From contig NC_068984.1 in the NCBI RefSeq assembly GCF_001194135.2, positions 134,489,006-134,527,292 of the forward strand: DNA of 38,287 nt. Reading direction: 5' to 3'. Numbering within the stretch: position 1 is the stretch's first letter; the number at the start of each line of letters is the position of its first letter. The DNA is from Octopus bimaculoides. Its lineage: Eukaryota. Position numbers and translations under genes: made by a program. The notes beneath the pieces were generated by a model. It made no database searches. It was not told the origin of the DNA and worked only from the letters and a program-made list of their open reading frames with translations. This document shows, piece after piece, positions 25,438-36,515 of the stretch.

Positions 25438-25478
<41 letters not shown>

Positions 25479-26073
25479 GAGTGATTGTTGTATGCATCAA
25501 TGAATATCTACGTAACCGGGCTTGAATACGAAAGTCCATGAGAGTGAATGAGTGTGTATAAGTGTGTATGAGTGTATGAGTGAATGAGTGTGTATGTCTG
25601 TCTGTGTGTGTGTGTGTGTGTGTGTGTCCTTGTACGTGCTTGTGTGTGTCTACGCAGTTTTATGAAAGAAGATTGCCTATGCATCTAAACGTACACCTCT
25701 CCCCATAAAATTTTCATTTAAATCCCATTTCAAATTTCGTTTTATTATTCAACACGTATCAAGACCCAAATATTCAAAAAGTCTACTTTATACGTATATA
25801 ATACGTATATTTCAATGTCATTTTAAGGTTTGCTTGAAGTATCATACTCTAAACGGCTACCTCTTAGAAAAGTTGACCCAAATTCTTATCTTCAATGGCT
25901 AAAGAAAACCTCTTGCCATCTAAAGGATCGAATTTATAGTTTATCCTCAATAAAACGAAATAAATAAAACACTTCTGATGTTTATTTTTAAAGGATGCGT
26001 CTAATTATATCTGCATTATATATATACACACATACAATGACCATATCTATATACAAGTATATATATATATATA

Positions 26074-26297
26074 GTCAATTCAAACAGGATCACGCAAGAA
26101 AAAACACGAAGAAACAACAACGCGAGGACGTGGAATAAGTACAGTGTTATTGGACGCTCAGGAAAGGAAAGAAAAGAAAGAGGATTTCACGTTTCGAGCG
26201 GAGCTCTTCGTCAGAAATATAGGAAAAGTCCAAAGAAGGGAAGACAGAGAAAGAAAAATCGCCAACGATGCACACGCGGTCACATATTTAAAAGTTC
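26074..26297 (-). mobile_element. short non-coding hammerhead-bearing cassette (Penelope-like pLTR or non-autonomous element)
   Basis: A GC-richer island between (TA)n tracts that contains the hammerhead core at 26184-26218. Boundaries are approximate. Confidence 0.6.
26184..26218 (-). ncRNA. minimal type-I hammerhead ribozyme motif, palindromic stem III, G17 variant
   Basis: Minus strand reads AUUU-CUGACGA-A-GAGC(UCC)GCUC-GAAA-CGU-G-AAAU. Stem I is 4 bp, stem II is 4 bp, and ACGU forms a self-complementary stem III. Confidence 0.75.
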
Positions 26298-26452
26298 ATA
26301 TATATATATGTATATATATATCAATAATAATAATCAATATCAATATATATGTACAAGTATGTATTTATAAATATGTATATATATAATGACCATATGTATA
26401 TACAAGTATATATATATGACCATATGTATATGCAAGTATATATATCTATCTA

Positions 26453-26491
<39 letters not shown>

Positions 26492-26567
26492 GTACAACCN
26501 NNNNNNNNNNNNNNNNNNNNNNNNNNNNNNNNNNNNNNNNNNNNNNNNNNNNNNNNNNNNNNNNNNN

Positions 26568-26613
<46 letters not shown>

Positions 26614-27887
26614 CATATATCGAAGTTATATAATAAGTCGTTTCTCCTATATTTATAGTCTCGTGCTTTCGTTGCTCTTCTTTTCTTCCTTCACAGTTAA
26701 TCTTATATTCATCTCTATGGATATATATCCATATATGTCTGCCTGTATGTAGAGATACAAGTGTATGAAAAGAGAAGGCAGAAAGCCAGTTAGCTCGAAG
26801 GATAAAGAGAGAAGAAGGGCAGAAAGAAAGATAGTATGTGTGAGAAGATGAACACTAAGCTTTTCAGAGTCACATGTAAAGAAACAGAGAATACGAGGGA
26901 TGATGCCTTTTTAAACATTGAATATATTCTATCAGAAAAGAATAGAGGATTCCATTAACTCTTAAGTCATCAACGTACATATAAATGCATGTTAAATTTA
27001 CTGTTTTCGTATGATTCGTATATTATATCGGTAGAATAATATAAAGTAAAGCAGCAATGAGAACAAGAAAGCAAGTAGACATAATCATTGTAAGAGAGAA
27101 AGAAAATGCGATAAAAAGTGATTTAGAAAAAAAAATAGTTATAAATATGACTATAAAAATATCGAAAATGCAAGAAGAAAAAAAAAAGCTTGTAAAAATG
27201 CAAACAGACTATATAATTCCATTAAGAAAGAAAAAAAAAAAGAAAGAAAAAAACTATGGATGATAAAAAGGAGTATAAAAGTTTTATTTATTTTTATTAC
27301 TATGTTGGCATCAGTTTTGAATACCATACTTTCTTACATTAAATACTAAACAATGTGGGTACATGTGTATTTGTGCAAGTATGTATATGCTTGTATGTGT
27401 GTGTGTGTGTGTGTATGTGTGTATGCGTGTATTCATGTATGCATGTGTGTGTATGTGTGTGTATGTGTATACTCATAAATGCTTAACAATGTGGCGTATA
27501 CATATCTAACAAGTAATAAAATCTATGAGTATATTCAATATAATAATATGCATGTATGAACATGTACATTTATATATTATACTGCATAGACTATGGTGTT
27601 ATTTATGACGACTTCAAGTTATTATTGCATTGAAATTCACGTAAATATATACATACATGCATATATGCGAGTGTGTGTGTGCGTGTATACACATGTTTGA
27701 TATATTTGGTAACGTACACAAAAAAGAGCAACTTTCAATAGGTTTCCGTTGAATCAGCTGTTCTTTATATCCCATATATATGTATGCTTTAGACACACAT
27801 ACATGCGCCCCCACACACACACCTGCATGCTTATGTGTGTGAATTTATTCAAACTTTCACAGAGTTTGTTTTATTTTTCTTCATGTA

Positions 27888-28129
27888 CGGTAATCCCTCG
27901 ACTATCGCGGGTGTTACGCTCCACAGCCACCCCCCACCCCCCGCGTTATGTGAAAATCCGCGAAGTAGAAACAGTACTGTATATTTTTAAAAATAATTTT
28001 TATAATGTGTATATATTCATTTTGTCATAAATGCAACACAACACCATGGAAGAATCGACGCAAGTTTAAATAATAAACCGCGATATGCGAACCGCGATAG
28101 GTGCACCGCGATATGGCGAGATATTACTG
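27888..28129. mobile_element. 242-bp pogo/Tigger-like MITE
   Basis: The left end cggtaatccctcgactatcgcgg and the reverse complement of the right end cagtaatatctcgccatatcgcgg form imperfect TIRs. TA lies on both sides (27886-27887, 28130-28131). Confidence 0.85.
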
Positions 28130-28396
28130 TATATATGACCTTTTATACTATATATTTCATAATTTATATATATTTTTTTCTTACAAGTACCATGTCTCAT
28201 ATATCATGAAACAAACACTTCAACTGCAACATCCGCGAAACTCTGAGTAATAGCAGAGTATAAATACAGCACTTTTATAAATATCCACTGGCTACTTCTA
28301 TGTTATAGTTTTTCGCTGTTTTTGCAAATTGAAATGTGCGTGTGTTTGTGATTGCGTGTGTATGCATGCGTATGTGTATATATATATGTATATATA

Positions 28397-28433
<37 letters not shown>

Positions 28434-29672
28434 NNNNNNNNNNNNNNNNNNNNNNNNNNNNNNNNNNNNNNNNNNNNNNNNNNNNNNNNNNNNNNNNNNN
28501 NNNNNNNNNNNNNNNNNNNNNNNNNNNNNNNNNNNNNNNNNNNNNNNNNNNNNNNNNNNNNNNNNNNNNNNNNNNNNNNNNNNNNNNNNNNNNNNNNNNN
28601 NNNNNNNNNNNNNNNNNNNNNNNNNNNNNNNNNNNNNNNNNNNNNNNNNNNNNNNNNNNNNNNNNNNNNNNNNNNNNNNNNNNNNNNNNNNNNNNNNNNN
28701 NNNNNNNNNNNNNNNNNNNNNNNNNNNNNNNNNNNNNNNNNNNNNNNNNNNNNNNNNNNNNNNNNNNNNNNNNNNNNNNNNNNNNNNNNNNNNNNNNNNN
28801 NNNNNNNNNNNNNNNNNNNNNNNNNNNNNNNNNNNNNNNNNNNNNNNNNNNNNNNNNNNNNNNNNNNNNNNNNNNNNNNNNNNNNNNNNNNNNNNNNNNN
28901 NNNNNNNNNNNNNNNNNNNNNNNNNNNNNNNNNNNNNNNNNNNNNNNNNNNNNNNNNNNNNNNNNNNNNNNNNNNNNNNNNNNNNNNNNNNNNNNNNNNN
29001 NNNNNNNNNNNNNNNNNNNNNNNNNNNNNNNNNNNNNNNNNNNNNNNNNNNNNNNNNNNNNNNNNNNNNNNNNNNNNNNNNNNTATATATATATAAGCAG
29101 TTAATATATCATTACACCAAAAATAACAAAGAAAAACAATTAACAAAGATGAAATAAACATACATTGAAAAAAATATATATATAATAGCATATAATAGCC
29201 GATAGCATTTCTTGCAATATGTGGTATAACACAGGTGAGACAGCGCTATGGCGAGTCAGCTGACACAGCTTCTAATGTCCACCAGTGTTCATTTAGCAAT
29301 CTGACATCATACAGATTCAGCCACAACTAGAAGAAGCTAAGAGGGTATACAGACAGAGTATATAATACTTTAGTGATGATCGCTTGATGATGTGTAATAT
29401 AATGATGCTTGAATATAAGTAATAAGCTAATCCCTACAACAGATAGACATATGGGAAAATGAAGTATTAGATATGGAAGGAAAGTAGAGAAATGTAGAGA
29501 ATATAACTATGAATAATAGAAAACACAAGTGTATAATAAGTAGCAAATGTCATAAGCAGGTATATCATAAGCAGGCATGTATGTATGTATGTATATATGT
29601 ATGTACATACATTTACATACACACTCATATGCTTAATATATATACATACTTAAATATATATATTATGCATGA

Positions 29673-29704
<32 letters not shown>

Positions 29705-29709
29705 GTATG

Positions 29710-29777
<68 letters not shown>

Positions 29778-30479
29778 TGTATGTAGGTATGTATGTATAT
29801 ATATATGTATATATATATATGTACGTATGTATGTATGTATAATGTATGTATATATGTATTTATATATATATATATATATATATANNNNNNNNNNNNNNNN
29901 NNNNNNNNNNNNNNNNNNNNNNNNNNNNNNNNNNNNNNNNNNNNNNNNNNNNNNNNNNNNNNNNNNNNNNNNNNNNNNNNNNNNNNNNNNNNNNNNNNNN
30001 NNNNNNNNNNNNNNNNNNNNNNNNNNNNNNNNNNNNNNNNNNNNNNNNNNNNNNNNNNNNNNNNNNNNNNNNNNNNNNNNNNNNNNNNNNNNNNNNNNNN
30101 NNNNNNNNNNNNNNNNNNNNNNNNNNNNNNNNNNNNNNNNNNNNNNNNNNNNNNNNNNNNNNNNNNNNNNNNNNNNNNNNNNNNNNNNNNNNNNNNNNNN
30201 NNNNNNNNNNNNNNNNNNNNNNNNNNNNNNNNNNNNNNNNNNNNNNNNNNNNNNNNNNNNNNNNNNNNNNNNNNNNNNNNNNNNNNNNNNNNNNNNNNNN
30301 NNNNNNNNNNNNNNNNNNNNNNNNNNNNNNNNNNNNNNNNNNNNNNNNNNNNNNNNNNNNNNNNNNNNNNNNNNNNNNNNNNNNNNNNNNNNNNNNNNNN
30401 NNNNNNNNNNNNNNNNNNNNNNNNNNNNNNNNNNNNNNNNNNNNNNNNNNNNNNNNNNNNNNNNNNNNNNNNNNNNNNN

Positions 30480-30516
<37 letters not shown>

Positions 30517-31212
30517 GGATGGATGTATATGACAGATATATATTCATAATCATATGAAATAGGATATATATATAGAGGGCGATACAGACTATATATGTGT
30601 ATAAGTATATAATCAAATATATAAGTGTATACAGGTACATACATTCATGCATATACAGGCACCAATACACACGTACCGACACACGCATATACATATACAC
30701 TCACATGTACATTCAATAAATATTTATGTGTAAATTTATACATTATTAATGTAATTATTACAAACGGCGACCAATTTTGGGAGAGTGTACGCTGAAAAGT
30801 AATAAGTAGAATGTAATTAAAATCAGAGACATATTTCAAAATCGAATGCAAATATATCTTATTTTAACAATCACACAGAAACACACACGCGCGCGCGCAC
30901 ACACACGCACGCACACGTGCACACACGCGTGCACACACGCACGCACGCACGCACGCACAGAAGCACACGCATGTACATGCGACAAAACCTTTAAATACAA
31001 CTTATTCACATTGTATCTGTGTGCGTGTGAGCGTGTGCATTTGTGATATTGGCTGTGTACGAAATATCTGTTCATAGATTCTGTATATAAAATCGTATGC
31101 TAATATAATTTGCCTGTATATACTTGTGAGTTGTTTATTTGTGTGTTTATATAGGTAGTTTTATCTTTTATTAGGAAAATGTATATAAAAATGTAAATAA
31201 TACAATTGTGAT

Positions 31213-31336
<124 letters not shown>

Positions 31337-31479
31337 CATACATGTGCATATAAGTTTTTATATAATAAATTTTGGCAAATGTAACACGCTCATTTGATAT
31401 ATACAAATGAATATTATTTGATTATTTATACATATATACCTGCTTGAAATATCTTGTTGCTTAGCCATTTTCAGTGTTG

Positions 31480-31620
31480 TTAGAGTAAACCTATGATAAA
31501 AGGCGTTCCAACTATGGCAATCCCACCATGCTCTTGAGCAATGCTCATCTTGGACTACATAATCCAATGAGCATTTAAAAAATTTGATAGAGAATTTGAC
31601 TGTTATTTCTACTGGACCGA
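31480..31620 (-). repeat. old dispersed repeat, same family as 20235-20395
   Basis: 27/36 identity of 31492-31527 (reverse complement) to 20319-20354. Confidence 0.55.
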
Positions 31621-31993
31621 GGGACTACACAGTATCTCTCTCGTTAACTGGAGATAGTTTGGTATATTTGTTTGATATATACATAACGATATTATAATTG
31701 ATACGTTTGTGTTTAAGAAGATCCCGTATGTGTGTACGTTTGGTGTGTTATGCGTAGATGGATTGTATATGCAATTTATATAATTTCTTGAAACTAACAA
31801 CCAGCAGTTGGATTTTCAAATTTACTGAGTCCATGGAAAATTAATTTGTGAAAAGAAGTCCAGTTAAATATAGAAAACAATGAAATCAAATGAAATTCAT
31901 AAAAATTAGATATATGCTTCATATAAAGATAACGCATATTTCCAATCAATACATAGCATAAAATTAATCAAATATACAATTCAATTTCCTGAT

Positions 31994-32051
31994 GCATACA
32001 TACATACATACATACATACATACATACATACATACATACATGCATACATAC
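31994..32051. repeat. (TACA)n microsatellite
   Basis: Seen directly. Confidence 0.95.
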
Positions 32052-32439
32052 AGGATAAATACGGAAAATTACTAGGAAACTTACAGCTTGTATATTCGGA
32101 TTATAATTTCACATTTGTACCAATCTAACTGTTACGCTTGGTTTTGTGTATAAATGCCTAAGTGGCAATTTGGGGAAGCTAGTAATTACGAAAAGCCAAC
32201 TAACCTACTAGCGTATTATAAATACAAACTGTAAGCGGAACAGTAAAAATATGCAAGAATTTTCTCAAGTTCAAATTGTGATATTGTTTTTGTTATTCTT
32301 ATTTTGTATATTTGTTAGAAACCAGCTCCTTCCTACATGATGAATTCAAATAATTAAAGATAGGAAAGAACATACATACACACACATACATAATACGTAG
32401 ATACATACTGACGTATAAGTTAATTAATATATATGTTAA

Positions 32440-32520
32440 TATTGGTTTCAAATTTTGGCACAATGCCAGCAATTTCTGATCCCAGAGCTCAAATGGTACT
32501 TATTTTATCGATCCTGAAAA
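32440..32520 (-). mobile_element. 3' fragment of second-family SINE
   Basis: aaattttggcacaatgccagcaattt and ggtacttattttatcgatcctgaaaa match the family core and tail in reverse. Confidence 0.6.
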
Positions 32521-33553
32521 TCTATATGTTGATATTAACCTAAAGCATTCGGTTAGACGTTAGTATTGCCAGAAATATTACACGAGAAAATTCAAAGACC
32601 AAGTCTTCTTCAATGTTTTAGCTTTAATGTTAAATGGATAAAGATATGCTGTCTGTGAAACACAACCGTAATTATTATTTAAATTTTAAAGGTAAAAAGA
32701 AATCAAAATATATGTTAACAGATATTAAAGAAGATGCTAAGAGGTAAGTGCGTCAGCTATTACAATTATTCTTGACATATTTTTTATACATTATCATAAA
32801 TTATGTAAATATACGCGAACAGAGGTTTATATAATACAGACAATCATTAAAATATTTAATTTATACCTATCACGAATATGAATATAGAAAAACACAAAAG
32901 GTAAAAGGCGTTAAGTTTGGAGAAATATATAGAAATTCAATTGAAGATGCGCTTGGAGTCTTTAAGAAGGTTATTTACTTTCACATTCCACATTCCACAA
33001 TTTCGTGATTTTCAAAAGTAGTGTGAGATGGTGAAGCATAGACCTACGCTGTAACTATTTTGCCTCTTAATTTTAAATTCATTCCTTTCTATTGAGCAAT
33101 TATGACTCTAGTTGCCTAGGTCGTTGTTTATGTTAGACTGTGAAGAAAAATTGTGTATTGTCTTGGTGACTGAGTTGTGAATGCATATTTTCGGTATATT
33201 GTTATATTCTATTCAGTCGTGATTTTCACTTTTTAAGAAGAATATATTCTCTATTTGTTCGTATTTGATCTGTTTTTTTTCTTTAGAATCTGGGACTTAG
33301 AATTTTAGAAATTTGTTTGTCACATTCAAGTCTAAATGTTAACTTAGTGGAATCTGCCTTCTATTGAGGTCTTGTACTTGTTGGGGATGAATAATCAATC
33401 TTATCAATTCAACAATCACTTAAAGATTATTTAACAAAATCAATTGTAGTAAATAGAAACCTTGAAAAAGGAATGGTCAGATATTATAGCCCTGATCACG
33501 CCTGTAACTAGTTAGTCCTTAGTGTGTATATTTTGTAAGAAACTTTAAGAGCA

Positions 33554-34194
33554 TGGTGGGTTTCGTCTAACATACAACGCTAGAAATATTTTATGTATAG
33601 CAGTTAATTTTGTACAACCTCTCTCGCGTTTTCTGCCTGTATAAAGGTCTTCTCAATAAATATAATATAATATATATAAGTCGAATTTAGAATTAAAATT
33701 ATGGTTTAGAAAGGAGACATTAGAATGCAGTATCCAAACCTTATTTCGGTTAAGTCCCGAGTAGTGCGCCTAAAAAGCACGTTCACAACTTATGGCTACC
33801 AGGCGTCATCTGCGTTACTGCACTTCCGTCGCTGGATCAACGTCAGGAATTCCTAGGTGCACGTTGGGTGTATTTTAAATAATTGATACGGAAGGCAGAG
33901 TGTAACTAGAAGATTTATTTAGCACAACAATCGTTTCGGCTGCATTCTGCACTGCTCCTTAGTGGGTGGGGAACGGTTTAATGACTTCAGATGTACCGCA
34001 CAGTGCAAGGAGCCTCATCAGGTGACGTAACATGCTTCAAAAGTTATAAGATTTACATTTCGCACCAAGTTGGTGGGTTTCGTCTAACATACAACGCTAG
34101 AAATATTTTATGTATAGCAGTTAATTTTGTACAGCCTCTCTCGCGTTTTCTGCCTGTATAAAGGTCTTCTCAATAAATATAATATAATATATAT
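33554..34194 (-). mobile_element. hammerhead-bearing element with 124-bp terminal direct repeats (Penelope-like pLTR or retrozyme-like)
   Basis: 33554-33677 vs 34071-34194 match at 123/124 nt (A33617/G34134), offset 517. The hammerhead lies at 33923-34024 with an AATAAA just downstream of it on the minus strand (33914-33919). No ORF. Confidence 0.8.
33923..34024 (-). ncRNA. type-I hammerhead ribozyme motif with long stem-II insertion
   Basis: Minus strand reads CAC-CUGAUGA-GGCU-(69 nt)-AGCC-GAAAC-GAUU-GUU^GUG. All core nucleotides are present, with a G10.1-C11.1 pair, stem I CAC/GUG and a near-palindromic stem III AACGAUUGUU. Predicted cleavage is between 33926 and 33925. Confidence 0.85.
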
Positions 34195-35562
34195 TATGGT
34201 GTGTTGCTAGTGGTTCAAACACATCGATAAAGTGAGGATATTTGTGGACAAAATCACCCTTTAAAAGAAATAAACACACTGGTCAGTATTTCTACGATGA
34301 TCAGACGTATGAAAGGAACCGTGGTTGGGTTATTAGAAATTTTGATTCTATCTAGAATTGCATCTTACTGTAAATGTGCAATTAGTTGTTAAGACAAGAA
34401 ATGTAACTCTGTTTATGTAGAAACTAATTTGGTTTGAAACAAATAGCTGCATCAAATCTCCCAGAAAATCTGTTCTTGTGGTATCAGATGTAAAAACCAT
34501 TGCCAATCTTGAGGGTCAGAGTTAGTCAAGGCATCGTATTCAAGATTGTATATGACATCGTATCTCACTGTAAACTTTTCAATTAGTAGTCAAGACAAAG
34601 AAATTATGTCTGCTGACCTAAAATATAAACATGGCGTCAGAGTTATTACTACGTCTTCTTATAGCTCTCACTGAGTATTTGACTTTGTAATATTTAAATT
34701 TGAAGCCATTGCCTAACTCGAGAGACGAAATTAATTATATTCATTTACAGAATAGACGAATAGACAAACACAGAGACATTCTTTAACAAACATTCATACT
34801 TGCACCCATGTAATCAAACAAATACTATTATTCTGGAAGATAGTTTCACAAATACATAAGAATACAGCCCCATGCACGTAAGTAATCATAAACTAACACA
34901 GACATATAGGATATATAGTAATGTTTGTAATACCCTTTTTTTATATTCTGTTTATTCTATGTTTATTTCATATTCGACTTCTGTTGGTCTTCGTTGCAGC
35001 TGAATTCTTACCCGGCTCAACATATCTAAAACTGGTAACTGATCTCGGTCCATCCGACCGCTTCTGCAGTTCTCGTCTATAGGTATTGGTCAACATGAAC
35101 CTACTGAAAAGATACATGCTGCTTTGAGCAGTGGAATCGATCACAGAAACTTGAGATTTCTCGTTCTAGAATGAAGCACACTATAAATACTCTCGAGCGC
35201 ACACATATACACACATACATGATGTGTTTGCGTGTATATGTGTGCTTATGCGTGCATATACTAATCCATATATATATCATTCCATATTATATATGTCTTT
35301 GTACTTCAGTACACTAAATATCTACTAAATCAAGGATTCAGCCATCTAAATAATATTTGTTAGAAATAGTGAGTTTACACTGCAAAGTTTCTTTGATACT
35401 TGCTTCTTAAAACAGGGTAGCTTTGAGGAGCCAGTCTCAGCGAATCTTCGAAATGCACAATTACTAATTATAATATATATTATCCCCTTGCAACAGATTT
35501 CTTAGCGCTTCACTGCTTCTTAACTGCTTCATTTGTGTTTGTGCCACTTTTGTTGGCGTTGA

Positions 35563-36150
35563 GTTATCCGGTGTCTAGCATCCGAAGGTGTACCAGAAGC
35601 CGAAATCCATCGAAGACAATATACAAATAATGTTTTGCCATTACGGACTCTCTAAATGAACTGAAAGTTTAAAAAATGAGTGCATCAAGAAGGAGTCGAA
35701 CGCTCAGCCTGTCCTCCCGTGATGATATTGAACATGTCCGCGATGTGGTTCTGTCGAACAGACGGGTACTGTGAAGTGGAAAATAATAAAGAAATGAGTC
35801 ATGGTTCATCCTACATTTATCTTACAAAAAAGATTTGACTTCAGTAAAATTTGTGCAAGATGGTTGTCAGCTCACAAAATTTCACAACTAATGAATTTTT
35901 GAAGTCCACCAACGATTATTAGATCCATAAAGTGGAAAAAACGACACATTTTTGAAACATTTAGTGACGAGCCGGAGAGTAGACACTAAAATATGGAAAT
36001 GAAACAATCATCCATCAAGACAAAACTCAACACTCAATGAACAATGAGTAAAATCGATGCTAACATACTTGAAACACGCAATGACCAATGCTGGAGCAAT
36101 TACCAGGAGTTCAACAGTATTCTTTATAGTGCGATATTATGTGACATGCC
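35563..36150 (+). pseudogene. heavily decayed mariner (DD34D-type) transposase
   Basis: Frame-shifted fragments VIRCLASEGVPEAEIHRR (35563), DDIEHVRDVVLSNRR (35721), SHGS, DFSKICARWL (35837) and FLKHLVT//EPE (35949) occur in canonical mariner order. Confidence 0.8.
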
Positions 36151-36344
36151 CTGCAATTCCTTTTAGGGGCTTCTATTAACTGGAATTAATTTTGTTGAAT
36201 AGAAAATAGTCTTTTATGCTACATTATGAAAAATAAATTTTGAACGAGATGTGTCGGCTGATGCGGCCAAGAACGATTTATGTTGTGAAGAATATATATT
36301 AGCGGTGAAATCTGCAAGACAATACAGAATCCATCGTTTGATAG

Positions 36345-36515
36345 AAATAGCTGTCCAATATTCCTTAAATCACATTACTATTTAAAGTATTGAGAAAGAA
36401 CATAGGAGAAAATAGCACTAGCTGCAATATTAATGAAAAGAAAGGATGGAATAATCACATCGGCTAAACCTTTTTACCTACATCTGTTTTTTGAAGTTGA
36501 CCTTGGGCTAAAAAG
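36345..36515 (+). repeat. old dispersed repeat (family of 20235 and 31480), degraded
   Basis: aaggatggaataatcac and gttgaccttgggctaaa motifs. Confidence 0.4.

Noticed and set aside
32880-33100. Possible old LINE-derived fragment
   Set aside because: No RT or endonuclease motif could be read in any frame, so the assignment is unsupported.
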